Shown here: positions 22,748 to 31,973 of the stretch, piece after piece
Numbering within the stretch: the stretch's first letter is position 1
How the letters are laid out: the number at the start of each line of letters is the position of its first letter
Source of the DNA: an uncultured Actinomycetota bacterium
GTDB taxonomy: Bacteria > Actinomycetota > UBA4738 > HRBIN12
Direction: 5' to 3'
Length of the DNA stretch: 64,000 nt
Assembly (NCBI GenBank): GCA_963724415.1
Contig: CAVRUS010000005.1
Span: forward strand, 143,945 to 207,944
Program-made: the position numbers and the translations under genes
The notes under the pieces: generated by a model
The model's database searches: none
What the model was told of the DNA's origin: nothing
The model's input: only the letters and a program-made list of their open reading frames with translations

Positions 22748-24060
22748 TCGCCCCTCGGATCGCCGTCGTGGGCCGCCAGAACGTCGGCAAGTCGACCCTG
22801 GTGAACCGGCTCTTCGGCAAGCGCGAGACGATCGCCCACGACGACCCGGGAGTGACGAGGGACCGCGTGGAGCTCGAGGCGACATGGAACGGGAGGCGGT
22901 TCGGCCTGGTCGACACCGCGGGCTACCTCCACAAGGCGACCGGGGTCGAGGCCCTCGCCGGTCGGCAGGCGTCGCGGGCGATGGAGGAGGCCCAGCTCGT
23001 CCTCCTCGTCGTCGACGTCGCCTCGGGGATCACCGAGGAGGACGCCCAGCTGGCGCACCGCCTCCGTCGGGCGACCTCGCCGGTGGTGGTCGTCGTGAAC
23101 AAGGTGGATGCCGCCGCGGACGAGGCCGATGTGCCGGCGTTCCTCGCACTCGGCCTCGGGGAACCGATCCCCGTGTCGTCCAAGCACGGGCGAGGCGTGG
23201 GCGAGCTGCTCGACCGCCTGGTCGACCTCCTGCCCGACGCCCCCTCCTCGACCGACGGCACGGACGAGGAGGACGAGCCCCGGTTCGCGCTCGTCGGGCG
23301 TCCGAACGTCGGCAAGTCGAGCCTCTTCAACAAGCTGGTGGGGGAGGAGCGGTCGGTCGTGTTCGAGGAGGCCGGCACGACCCGGGACAGCGTGGACGCG
23401 CTCGTGGAGTGGCCCGACGTGGGGCGGGTTCGCTTCGTCGACACCGCCGGCATGCGCCGTGCGATCCGGGTCAAGGGAGTGGAGTACTACAGCTTCGTCC
23501 GGGCGGGGGAGGCGATCGACCGAGCGCATGCCGCGGCCGTCCTCTTCGACGCCAGCGAGGGGTTCACGGCCGAGGATCAGAAGATCGCGTTCCGCGTCCT
23601 CGAGGCCGGAAGGGCACTGCTCCTCGTCGCCAACAAGTGGGATCTGGTCGAGGACAAGGATCGGGTCTTCAAACAGCTGACCGAGGAGGCCACGATGCTC
23701 GGGCGGGCCACCGTGATCCGGACGTCGGCGGCACGCGGACAAGGGGTCGCGAGGATCCCCGAACTGCTCCTCGAGCTCCGCTCGCGATGGACGGGGCGAG
23801 CGCCGACGTCCCGGGTCAACCAGGTCTTGCAGGAGCTGCAGCGGGCCCAACCCCCGCCGCGATCGTCGGGGACCCTCCACTACGCCGCTCAGGTCGCGGT
23901 CCGGCCGCCCTCGTTCGTCTTCTTCGGAGGCGGCCGACCGCCGGCCCCCGGCTATCGGCGATACCTCGAGAACCGGCTGCGGGAGGTGTTCCATCTGGAG
24001 GGGATCCCGATCCGGATGCGGTTCCGCCCGCGCACCCGGGGCGGATCAGCATCCCGGTAG
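22744..24060 (+). CDS. der: Ribosome biogenesis GTPase Der (EngA)
   Basis: Two GTPase domains (VVGRQNVGKSTLVN and LVGRPNVGKSSLFN) followed by a KH-like C-terminus. Confidence 0.95.
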   Translation: MIAPRIAVVGRQNVGKSTLVNRLFGKRETIAHDDPGVTRDRVELEATWNGRRFGLVDTAGYLHKATGVEALAGRQASRAMEEAQLVLLVVDVASGITEEDAQLAHRLRRATSPVVVVVNKVDAAADEADVPAFLALGLGEPIPVSSKHGRGVGELLDRLVDLLPDAPSSTDGTDEEDEPRFALVGRPNVGKSSLFNKLVGEERSVVFEEAGTTRDSVDALVEWPDVGRVRFVDTAGMRRAIRVKGVEYYSFVRAGEAIDRAHAAAVLFDASEGFTAEDQKIAFRVLEAGRALLLVANKWDLVEDKDRVFKQLTEEATMLGRATVIRTSAARGQGVARIPELLLELRSRWTGRAPTSRVNQVLQELQRAQPPPRSSGTLHYAAQVAVRPPSFVFFGGGRPPAPGYRRYLENRLREVFHLEGIPIRMRFRPRTRGGSASR

Positions 24061-24095
24061 TGGTCCCGAACCCCACCCCGTTACACTGCCTCGTG

Positions 24096-24170
24096 CGGGC
24101 CGTGGCGCAGCTTGGTTAGCGCGTCTGACTGGGGGTCAGAAGGTCGCCGGTTCGAATCCGGCCGGCCCGA
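24096..24170 (+). tRNA. tRNA-Pro (anticodon GGG)
   Basis: Manual cloverleaf: acceptor CGGGCCG/CGGCCCG, D stem GCGC/GCGC, anticodon stem TCTGA/TCAGA with loop CTGGGGG, T arm GCCGG-TTCGAAT-CCGGC, discriminator A. CCA is not encoded. Confidence 0.9.
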
Positions 24171-24173
24171 CGG

Positions 24174-24773
24174 ATGAGAGGAACGACGGACACGATGCCC
24201 GCATCCTCCGCCGTGGTGACGGTCCCCAACATCCTGTCGTTCGCTCGCATCGCCACGATCCCGCTCTTCTGCTGGCTCTCGGCGAACGAGGAGACGAGGC
24301 TCTGGGGGATCCTGCTGTTCGCCGTGGTGGTCAGCACCGACTGGGTCGACGGCTACGTGGCGCGCCGGACCGGCCAGGTGACGGAGCTGGGTCGGATCCT
24401 CGATCCGGTCGCCGACCGGCTCGCGATCGCGGCGGGCCTGTTGACCTTCGCGATCTCCGGCATCTTCCCGTTCTGGGCGGCCCTGCTGATCCTGGTCCGA
24501 GACGTCACCCTCCTCCTCGGAGGTGCCGTGCTGCTCTGGGGCCGGAACCTCCGCGTCGATGTCCGAGGGATCGGCAAGATCGCCACGTTCTCGCTGATGG
24601 TCGCGATCACGTGGATCGCGTGGGGGAACGCGGGCGGACCCCTCGGCGACGTCCTGCTCGTCGGGGGCTGGCTCGCCTATGTCGTGGGGATCGTCGAGTA
24701 CTACCTCGCCGCCGGCCTGTACGCGATCGATGTCCGTGACGCGCTCGCGGAGCGAGGCGTGCTGGAGGAGTAA
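24174..24773 (+). CDS. CDP-alcohol phosphatidyltransferase (PgsA-like)
   Basis: VPNILSFARIATIP and DWVDGYVARRTGQVTELGRILDPVADRL, matching the D(x2)DG(x2)AR...G(x3)D(x3)D motif. The ORF starts 3 nt after the tRNA, so ATG 24195 may be the true start. Confidence 0.8.
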   Translation: MRGTTDTMPASSAVVTVPNILSFARIATIPLFCWLSANEETRLWGILLFAVVVSTDWVDGYVARRTGQVTELGRILDPVADRLAIAAGLLTFAISGIFPFWAALLILVRDVTLLLGGAVLLWGRNLRVDVRGIGKIATFSLMVAITWIAWGNAGGPLGDVLLVGGWLAYVVGIVEYYLAAGLYAIDVRDALAERGVLEE

Positions 24774-24824
24774 GTTCACGCGGACACGCCCGTGGAGTCG
24801 GGGGAGCCTAGAACGGAGGCAGAG

Positions 24825-25208
24825 GTGGAGTTCCCGGAGGACCTGAAGTATTCACGAGAGCATGAATGGGCGCGGTCCGAGAACGGACGCGTTCGTGTCG
24901 GGATCACCGACTTCGCCCAAGACGCGCTGGGCGACGTCGTGTACGTGGACCTCCCCGAGGCCGGTACGCAGGTGACGGGAGGCCAGGCGTTCGGAGAGGT
25001 GGAGTCCACGAAGTCCGTCTCGGACGTCTTCGCTCCCATCTCGGGCACGATCGTGGAGCGGAACGGGGCGCTCGAGGAGCGGCCGGAACTGGTCAACGAG
25101 CAACCGTACGGGGATGGCTGGCTCGTCGCGATCGATCCCACGGACCCCGCCGAGCTCGGGGCGCTCCTGGACGCCTCCGCCTATCAGGAGCACGTCTCGA
25201 GCTCCTGA
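24825..25208 (+). CDS. gcvH: Glycine cleavage system protein H
   Basis: DLKYSREHEWAR...VGITDFAQDALGDVVYVDLPE...GEVESTKSVSDVFAPISG (lipoyl-Lys motif). GTG 24825 is preceded by GGAGG and gives a typical 127 aa product. Confidence 0.9.
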   Translation: MEFPEDLKYSREHEWARSENGRVRVGITDFAQDALGDVVYVDLPEAGTQVTGGQAFGEVESTKSVSDVFAPISGTIVERNGALEERPELVNEQPYGDGWLVAIDPTDPAELGALLDASAYQEHVSSS

Positions 25209-25222
25209 GCGATCACGTCTCG

Positions 25223-25256
25223 ACCCTCGACCGATGCTTCAGCGCAGGTCGAGGGT
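25223..25256 (+). terminator. 10-bp GC-rich hairpin after gcvH (ACCCTCGACC / GGTCGAGGGT); a second copy of the 3' arm sits at 25270-25279
   Basis: Inverted repeat read directly from the sequence. There is no U-tract, so the terminator function is inferred. Confidence 0.35.
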
Positions 25257-25400
25257 GACAGCTTCCGTTGGTCGAGGGTTCATGGAGGGCTCGGTTGACC
25301 CTCCTGATACCCTGCGATAACGTCCACGACGCATCGAGGTCGACGGTTCGTCGCGACCGGGAAACGTCGACCCGACGTCGGGGGAGAGGGGAAGCAGACG

Positions 25401-25859
25401 GTGTTCTGTACGCGTTGTGGACATCGCAACCGCGACGACGCACGGTTCTGCGCGGAATGCGGAGCTGCCCTTCAGGATGACTCCACGGTCACCCTCACCC
25501 CCGTCGAGGGCGAAGATGACGAGAACGTCGAGTTCCCCTTCCCGGAGGATGAGCTCGAACCCGGACAGGCGCTCCTTCAGGTCAAGCGTGGCCCCAACGC
25601 GGGGTCGACGTTCCTTCTCGATACCGACGTGAGCACCGTCGGCCGGAACACCGACAGCGTGGTGTTCCTCGACGACATCACCGTGTCGCGCTTCCATGCG
25701 TCGTTCGAGCGGAAGGATCACGAATGGTTCGTACGTGATGCCGGCAGCCTCAACGGGACCTACGTGAACGGGGAACAGGTGGACGAGACGAAGCTCGCGA
25801 CGGGGGACCAGGTGCAGATCGGACGGTTCAGGCTGACGTTCTTCCAGGCAGAGGGATGA
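25401..25859 (+). CDS. FHA domain protein with N-terminal zinc ribbon (GarA/OdhI position)
   Basis: FCTRCGHRNRDDARFCAECG, then the FHA core TVGRNTDSVVFLDDITVSRFHASFERKDHEWFVRDAGSLNGTYVNG. Confidence 0.85.
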   Translation: MFCTRCGHRNRDDARFCAECGAALQDDSTVTLTPVEGEDDENVEFPFPEDELEPGQALLQVKRGPNAGSTFLLDTDVSTVGRNTDSVVFLDDITVSRFHASFERKDHEWFVRDAGSLNGTYVNGEQVDETKLATGDQVQIGRFRLTFFQAEG

Positions 25860-25912
25860 GCCGCGCAGGGAGCGAGCCAAGAGGGAGTGAGCCAAGAAGG
25901 AGAGAGGTTGAG

Positions 25913-26638
25913 ATGGCCGGCACGCGCAACTACCAATCGATCGGCGAGGTCCTGGTGTCCGTGAAGACGGAGTTCCCGGACATCACCATCTCGAAGATCC
26001 GCTTCCTCGAGGCCGAGGGCCTCATCGAGCCCGAGCGCACGCCGTCCGGCTACCGCAAGTTCTACCGCCACGATGTCGAACGACTGAAGTCGATCCTCCG
26101 GCTCCAACGCGACGAGTACCTCCCCCTCAAGGTGATCAAGGAGCGGCTGCTCCATCAGGACGAGGGCGCGGACGCCTCGGCCGTGTCTTCCGACGGCGAC
26201 GCCGCCGCGGATGAGGAGGCGACCGCGAGCGCGGAGATCGCCGATGCGCCGACCGGGCTCCAGATGTCGCTCGAGGAGATGTCGACCGCCACCGGCATCG
26301 ATCGCGACCGGATCAAGGAGCTGGAGGCGTTCGGGATCATCTCGACCCACGGCCCGGAAGGCGCCCGGTACTACGACGGCGACGACTTCATCATCCTGTC
26401 GATCGTGAAGGACTTCTTCCGGTACGGGATCGAGGCCCGTCACCTCACGATGTACAAGCACTTCGCCGATCGCGAATCCTCGTTCTTCGACCAGATCGTC
26501 GCGCCGACGCTCCGCCAGAAGAACCCTGACGCCCGACGCACCGCGGCGCAGACCCTGGCGAACCTTTCGGCCACGTCGCGGAAGTTCAAGCAGGCCCTGC
26601 TGCGCACGAACCTGCGCGACCACCTGCACAGCGCGTGA
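25913..26638 (+). CDS. MerR family transcriptional regulator (Rv1828-like)
   Basis: ATG 25913 preceded by AAGGAGAGAGG. Contains ISKIRFLEAEGLIEPERTPSGYRKFYRHDVERLKSILRLQRDEYLPLKVIK. Confidence 0.8.
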   Translation: MAGTRNYQSIGEVLVSVKTEFPDITISKIRFLEAEGLIEPERTPSGYRKFYRHDVERLKSILRLQRDEYLPLKVIKERLLHQDEGADASAVSSDGDAAADEEATASAEIADAPTGLQMSLEEMSTATGIDRDRIKELEAFGIISTHGPEGARYYDGDDFIILSIVKDFFRYGIEARHLTMYKHFADRESSFFDQIVAPTLRQKNPDARRTAAQTLANLSATSRKFKQALLRTNLRDHLHSA

Positions 26639-27919
26639 AGCGGAGGGTCGCCGCCGTCGCGGCCGCCCTCCTGCCGCTCCTTCTCCTGTCCGTCCTCTTG
26701 TCCGCCGGTGGATCGGCGCTCATCGCGATCGTGTCGCGGGCCACGCCGCCGCCCACGCCGGTCCCTCCCAACGGGTCGCCGTCCCCGTTCGTCTCCAGCC
26801 TCTCGACCCCCGCCGACCCGCTGCCCGTCCCTCGGATCGACGCCGCCGCGGCGCTGTTGGTCGACCTCGGCTCCGGACAGGTCCTCGTCCAGGAGTCGCG
26901 GGACGAGGCGCGGCCCATCGCGAGCCTGACGAAGCTGATGACCGCGCTCTTGGTCCTCGAAGAAGAGGAGGGGCAACTCGATCGCACCGTCCGGATCCAT
27001 CCGGACGCGGTCTTCGCTCGAGGGGACTACGGTGCCGGCTCGACGATCGGACTGCGGGCCGGTGAGCGCGTCTCGATCCGTGACCTGTTGGCCGGTCTCC
27101 TGCTCGGCTCCGCGAACGACGCCGCCGAGGCCCTCGCGATCGAGGAGTCCGGGAGCGTCGGGGCGTTCGTGGACGCGATGAACGCACGCGCGCGTGCGCT
27201 CGGCATGTCGCGGACGACGTTCGCGTCCCCGCACGGCCTCGACGACCGAGGGGTCTCGTCGGCGGCCGACGTGCTGTTGCTGCTCCGAGCGGCACGCGAG
27301 CACGGCGTGTTCCGGCATCTGGTCGCGAGCAGGTTCGCGGTGATCCGCTCGGATCAGGCGCCGCCGCGGCGGATCCAGAACCGCAACGTGATGCTCTGGC
27401 TCTATCCGGGTGCCTCGGGGGTCAAGACCGGAACGACGGCGGGGGCGGGCTGGTGCCTCGTCGCGACCGCCCGCCGCGGGGCTCGGGAGCTGGCCGTCGT
27501 CGTCCTGGGCGGTCAGCGACGAGGTCTTCTCCGACGCGGCCGCGCTCCTGAACCACGGGTTCGCGGCCTACCGCCTGCAGACCCTCGTGGCGGAAGGGGC
27601 GGCCCTCGGGAGCGTCCGGGTGCGAGGAGGCACCGTGCCCGTCGTGGCGGGGGAGAGGCTCCAAGCCCTCGTCCCGGTGCAGGGGAGCGAGGATCTCGAG
27701 CGCCACTTCACCGTGTTGCCGTCGGCGGCCTTCCCCCCGACCAGCGGTTCCGTGGTGGGGAGCCTGCGTCTCAGCCTGGCCGGCGCGACGCTCGGGAGGG
27801 TCTCCGTCCTCGTCGCCGACCTCCCGCCCCCACGCGCGCCGGCCGGGTCCTGGTGGGGTCGGGCCGCCGGCGCCGTCGCCGGAGCCGTCGGTGGAGTGGT
27901 GCAGGCGCTGCTCGACTGA
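26635..27919 (+). pseudogene. D-alanyl-D-alanine carboxypeptidase (peptidase S11), frame broken by an apparent 1-nt insertion near 27511
   Basis: Signal peptide, SLTKLM (SxxK), GSANDAAEALA (SxN) and VKTGTTAGAG (KTG) lie in the frame of ORF 26635..27990. The C-terminal domain (SDEVFSDAAALLNHGFAAY...) lies in the frame of ORF 27410..27919. The switch is at ctgggcGgtcagc. Confidence 0.75.
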
Positions 27920-28002
27920 TCGGACCTACGTGCGGCCGCGGCACGGCCCGATCGGCCGGGCTCCACCAACTGCCGGGGCACGGATGCTAGGCTCCCGACC
28001 CG

Positions 28003-28581
28003 ATGACGGAGCTCGCTCGCGTGCTGTTCGGGCGCGAGGACATCCACCGCCGCGTGGACGAGCTCGGCGCCACGATCGCCGGGGACTACGTGGGGCGGGA
28101 GCCCGTCCTCATCTCGGTGCTGAAGGGCGGCACGGTGTTCCTCGCGGATCTGATGCGCCAGATCCCGCTCCCGCTGGAGACCCATCTGATGGCGATCAGT
28201 CCCTACGGGGGCAACGAGGTCTCGATGGGGCGGGTCCGGATCCTCCTGGACGTCGAGATCGACCTGACCGACCGGGATGTCCTCCTGGTCGAGGACATCG
28301 TCGATACGGGACTCACGCTGTCGTACCTGCTCTCGATCCTCCGCTCCCGCCGGCCTGCCTCCCTGGAGGTCTGCACGCTCCTGGATCGATCGATCCGACG
28401 GATCGCACCGCTGACCCCTCGGTACGTCGGGTTCGACTGTCCGGACAGCTTCGTGGTCGGCTACGGGCTCGACTTCGAGCAGCGCTACCGGAACCTGGCC
28501 GACATCCTGGAGGTCGCGGACACGGCCGCCCTCAAGGCGGACCCCGACGCGCTGCTCCCGCATCTCGCCGTCACGGCCTGA
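28003..28581 (+). CDS. hpt: Hypoxanthine phosphoribosyltransferase
   Basis: ISVLKGGTVFLADLMR and the PRPP motif VLLVEDIVDTGLTLSYL. Confidence 0.9.
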   Translation: MTELARVLFGREDIHRRVDELGATIAGDYVGREPVLISVLKGGTVFLADLMRQIPLPLETHLMAISPYGGNEVSMGRVRILLDVEIDLTDRDVLLVEDIVDTGLTLSYLLSILRSRRPASLEVCTLLDRSIRRIAPLTPRYVGFDCPDSFVVGYGLDFEQRYRNLADILEVADTAALKADPDALLPHLAVTA

Positions 28582-28627
28582 GAGGGAGGTTGCGCTCGGT
28601 CGCGGGCCCCTCGTACAGTGCCAGCAC

Positions 28628-29116
28628 ATGATCGAGATGCAGCTGGAAGGTGTCCGTGTGGAGCTTCCGACCAACCAGCCGATCGTGTTGCTGCGCGAAC
28701 GGGACGGCGAGCGCTACCTCCCGATCTGGATCGGGGCCTCCGAGGCGGCGGCGATCGCCCTGTCGCTGCAAGGGGTCCAGACGCCGAGACCGATGACGCA
28801 CGACCTCATGAAGAACATCCTCGAGGACCTCTCCGTCGCGGTGCAGAAGATCGTCGTGACCGAGCTGCGGGACTCCACCTTCTACGCGACGATCGAGCTC
28901 CAGCGCAACGGGGACCACTACGAGGTGAGCTCGCGACCCTCCGACGCGATCGCTTTGGCCGTCCGGCTCGCCGTGCCGATCTTCGCGAGCGAGGACGTCC
29001 TCGACGAGGCCTCGATCCTGATCCCGGGCGAGGAGGAGGAGGAGGTCGAGAAGTTCCGGGAGTTCCTCGACAACGTGACGCCGGAGGACTTCAAGCCGGA
29101 GGGGACACCGGACTGA
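28628..29116 (+). CDS. Bifunctional nuclease family protein (DUF151, Rv1829-like)
   Basis: QPIVLLRERDGERYLPIWIGASEAAAIALSLQGVQTPRPMTHDLM. Confidence 0.8.
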   Translation: MIEMQLEGVRVELPTNQPIVLLRERDGERYLPIWIGASEAAAIALSLQGVQTPRPMTHDLMKNILEDLSVAVQKIVVTELRDSTFYATIELQRNGDHYEVSSRPSDAIALAVRLAVPIFASEDVLDEASILIPGEEEEEVEKFREFLDNVTPEDFKPEGTPD

Positions 29117-29140
29117 GCCCGGTGCGCCCCGGGCACGCGA

Positions 29141-29611
29141 TCAGCCGTAGAAGAAGACGGTGACCCACAGCAGGCCGTCGTCGTCGCGGTACGTCCCGAG
29201 CGCCACCCGTCGGAAGCGGTGGTTGAGGATGTTCGCGCGGTGACCCGGCGACTGCATGAACGCCTGCTGGAGGTCCGCGACGGATCCACCGGTGATGCCG
29301 ACGTTCTCGCCCCACCTCGACCAGTTGATGCCCCTGAGGTAGGTCCCCTGGGCCACCGAGGTCGACGTGTGGAAGAGGGAGCCCCTGTTCGCCATCGCGA
29401 TGCTGTGCTGGCGAGCGAGCTTCGAGATCTGCCAGTGGATGTCGACGCGCCGGACCCCGTTGTTGAGGCGGCTGTTGTTCGTGGCCTGGTACATCCGCGC
29501 CCGGGGCGTCAGGGTCGTGGCGCTCACCGGGGAGGGGAGCAGGCTGGTGAGGCCCGTGATGAGGGCGGCCACGAGGGCGATCCTGGTGATCGAGGCTCGG
29601 GTGTGCGTCAT
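29141..29611 (-). CDS. Secreted CAP (SCP/PR1-like) domain protein
   Basis: Signal peptide MTHTRASITRIALVAALITGLTSLLPSPVSA, then SKLARQHSIAMANRGSLFH, GENVG, FMQSPGHRANIL and RRVALG. ATG 29611 is preceded by GAAGGA. Confidence 0.75.
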   Translation of the reverse strand: MTHTRASITRIALVAALITGLTSLLPSPVSATTLTPRARMYQATNNSRLNNGVRRVDIHWQISKLARQHSIAMANRGSLFHTSTSVAQGTYLRGINWSRWGENVGITGGSVADLQQAFMQSPGHRANILNHRFRRVALGTYRDDDGLLWVTVFFYG

Positions 29612-29730
29612 CGTCGTTCCTTCACTGTGCTTAGGCGCTGTGCTTGGGCTGTGCATGGGACTCCAGCCTTCTCATCGACCGGGACAGCACGGAACTTGAG
29701 CCTGGTCCCACCGGTGACCGCCCGCTTCCG

Positions 29731-29759
29731 TTGACACGTCGTGCCGGCGGGCATACGCT
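29731..29759 (+). promoter_or_regulatory. Candidate sigma-A type promoter (TTGACA-17 nt-TACGCT) upstream of the second MerR gene
   Basis: Hexamers read directly from the sequence, 45 nt upstream of ATG 29805. No other support. Confidence 0.3.
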
Positions 29760-29804
29760 GCGACGACACGGTCGTAATTACCGGCCTGTCATGAGCGGGG
29801 AGCG

Positions 29805-30239
29805 ATGACGAGCGAAGAAGGGTTCCGCGTACCGGACGTCTGTCGGATCGTCGGCATCAGTTACCGTCAGCTCGATTACTGGGCCAGAACGGAACTGGTC
29901 ACCCCCTCGATCCGCGACGCGCACGGCTCCGGGTCCCAGCGTCTGTACTCGTTCCAGGACCTCGTCTCGCTGAAGGTCATCAAGAAGCTCCTGGACACGG
30001 GGGTATCCCTCCAACGCGTTCGCAAGGCGGTGGAGCATCTCCACTCGATGAAGCGGCCCACGCACCGCGTGACCTTGATGTCGGACGGGCGTGGGGTCTA
30101 CGAGGCGCACTCGGCGGAGGCCGTGATCGACCTCCTCCAGAAGGGGCAGGGCGTGTTCGCCATCGCCTTGGACCAGGTCTGGGACGATCTGGAGGGCACC
30201 GTTGCGAAACGCAAGCGGGCGGCCGCAGGAGGGTCGTGA
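29805..30239 (+). CDS. MerR family transcriptional regulator (Rv1830-like)
   Basis: FRVPDVCRIVGISYRQLDYWARTELVTPS...RLYSFQDLVSLKVIKKLLDTGVSLQRVRKAV. Confidence 0.8.
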   Translation: MTSEEGFRVPDVCRIVGISYRQLDYWARTELVTPSIRDAHGSGSQRLYSFQDLVSLKVIKKLLDTGVSLQRVRKAVEHLHSMKRPTHRVTLMSDGRGVYEAHSAEAVIDLLQKGQGVFAIALDQVWDDLEGTVAKRKRAAAGGS

Positions 30240-30622
30240 ACGCGCGTCCCGAGGCCCCGGCCACATCGATCCAGGAGTCCCTGCCCAAGAGTGACACCGT
30301 CCGCTTCGCCCACGCCTCCGAGCGCCAGTTCGCGCAGTTGCTCGACTTCTACGGGATCGTCTGGGACTACGAGCCCACGTCGTTCGACATCGAATGGGAT
30401 CGCGAGGGCCACGTCGTGCGCCGGTTCACCCCGGACTTCTTCCTGCCGGACTTCGATCTCTACATCGAGATCACGACGCTCAACCAGAAGCTCGTCACGA
30501 GGAAGAATCGCAAGGTGCGCCAGCTGCGCGAGCGCTACCCGGAGATCCGGTGCAAGGTCTTCTACCAGCGGGACTACCTCTCGCTGGTGACGAAGTACGG
30601 GCTCGAGGACCGCTCCGGCTGA
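30236..30622 (+). CDS. Hypothetical protein, possible PD-(D/E)xK-like fold
   Basis: GTGA overlap with the MerR gene and high GC3. Contains FTPDFFLPDFDLYIEITTLNQK. It lies between MerR and gcvP. Confidence 0.6.
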   Translation: MNARPEAPATSIQESLPKSDTVRFAHASERQFAQLLDFYGIVWDYEPTSFDIEWDREGHVVRRFTPDFFLPDFDLYIEITTLNQKLVTRKNRKVRQLRERYPEIRCKVFYQRDYLSLVTKYGLEDRSG

Positions 30623-30650
30623 TCGACGGTCTCCTCGTACACTGCCCGCC

Positions 30651-31973
30651 GTGAGGTTCGCTCCGCACACCGATGCCGAGATCGGCGAGATGCTTTCGGC
30701 CATCGGGATCACCTCGCTCGACTCGCTGTTCGAGCAGATCCCTCCCGCCGTCCGACTCGAGGGCGGGCTCGACCTTCCCGACGGCGTGTCCGAGCTCGAG
30801 ATCGTGGATGACCTCCGGAGCCTCGCGGCCCGCGATCGTCACCTCGACGACCTCGTCTGCTTCGCGGGGGCCGGGGCGTACGACCACTTCATCCCCGCCG
30901 TGGTGTGGGCGCTGGCCTCCCGTTCGGAGTTCTCGACGTCGTACACGCCGTACCAGCCGGAGCTGTCGCAAGGCGTCCTGCAGGTCCTCTTCGAGTTCCA
31001 ATCGATGGTCTGCGAGCTCACCGGTCTGGAGGTGTCGAACGCCTCCCTCTACGACGGTGCGACGGCGCTCGTGGAAGCCGTGAACATGGCGCGGAGCGGG
31101 GCGCGGACGCGGGTCCTCGTGTCCGAGGGGGTCGATCCGAGACTGGTCGACACGTTGCGCACGTACGGCAAGGGGTCCGGCTACGAGCCCGAGATCTTCG
31201 CATCCGAGGGCGGCAGGGGAGGGACGCCGCCCGTGGGCGACGACGTCGCTGCGGTGGTGGTCCAGCATCCCAACGTGCTCGGGATCCTCGAGCCGGCCGC
31301 CGCGCTCTTCTCCTCGGCGAGGGAGGCGGGCGCGAAGGCGATCCAGGTCTTCGACCCTCTGTCGCTCGGTGTGCTCGCGCCTCCCGGGGAGCTCGGCGCC
31401 GATATCGCGGTGGCCGAGGGGCAGTCCCTGGGGAACCACCTCGCCTTCGGAGGCCCGTACCTCGGACTGATCACCGCCAGGATGACGGACGTCCGTCGGA
31501 TGCCGGGCCGCATCGTGGGCGAGACCGTGGACGTGGACGGCGCCCCCGGATACGTGCTCACGCTCCAAGCGCGGGAGCAGCACATCCGGCGCGAGAAGGC
31601 CAACTCGAACATCTGCACGAACCAGACGCTGATGGCCGTGGCGGCGACGATCTATCTGGGCTGGCTCGGGCCGGAGGGGCTGTCGGAGATCGGGCGCCTC
31701 TGCGCGGCCAAGGCCTCCTACGCCGCCGGCCGGCTCACCGAGATCGACGGCGTGTCGCTGCTGCACCCGGCAGCCCCGTTCTTCAAGGAGTTCGCGCTGC
31801 GGCTCCCGGGCCGCGCGGATCGAGTCGTCGCGGACCTCGCGGATCGAGGGTTCCTGGCCGGTGTGCCCCTTCCTCGGGAAGGGGAGGACGTCCTGCTGGT
31901 CGCGGTCACCGAGCGGCGGAGCAAGGAGCAGATCGACGGCCTGGCCGAAGCGATGGCCGAGGTGATCGCGTGA
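30651..31973 (+). CDS. gcvPA: Glycine dehydrogenase (aminomethyl-transferring) subunit 1
   Basis: MRFAPHTDAEIGEMLSAIGITSLDSLF, YTPYQPELSQGVLQ and NICTNQTLMA. Confidence 0.9.
   Translation: MRFAPHTDAEIGEMLSAIGITSLDSLFEQIPPAVRLEGGLDLPDGVSELEIVDDLRSLAARDRHLDDLVCFAGAGAYDHFIPAVVWALASRSEFSTSYTPYQPELSQGVLQVLFEFQSMVCELTGLEVSNASLYDGATALVEAVNMARSGARTRVLVSEGVDPRLVDTLRTYGKGSGYEPEIFASEGGRGGTPPVGDDVAAVVVQHPNVLGILEPAAALFSSAREAGAKAIQVFDPLSLGVLAPPGELGADIAVAEGQSLGNHLAFGGPYLGLITARMTDVRRMPGRIVGETVDVDGAPGYVLTLQAREQHIRREKANSNICTNQTLMAVAATIYLGWLGPEGLSEIGRLCAAKASYAAGRLTEIDGVSLLHPAAPFFKEFALRLPGRADRVVADLADRGFLAGVPLPREGEDVLLVAVTERRSKEQIDGLAEAMAEVIA

Noticed and set aside
24774-24824. A glycine riboswitch upstream of gcvH, or upstream of gcvPA (30623-30650).
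   Set aside because: The available non-coding space is only about 20-50 nt at each site, far too short for a single or tandem glycine aptamer. I could not see the conserved aptamer core.
25861-25912. A short direct repeat (gagccaaga...gagccaaga) in the 5' part of ORF 25856..26638.
   Set aside because: It has only two short copies, and it lies upstream of the better-supported ATG 25913, which has a strong AAGGAGAGAGG ribosome-binding site. It is probably chance similarity within the ribosome-binding region.
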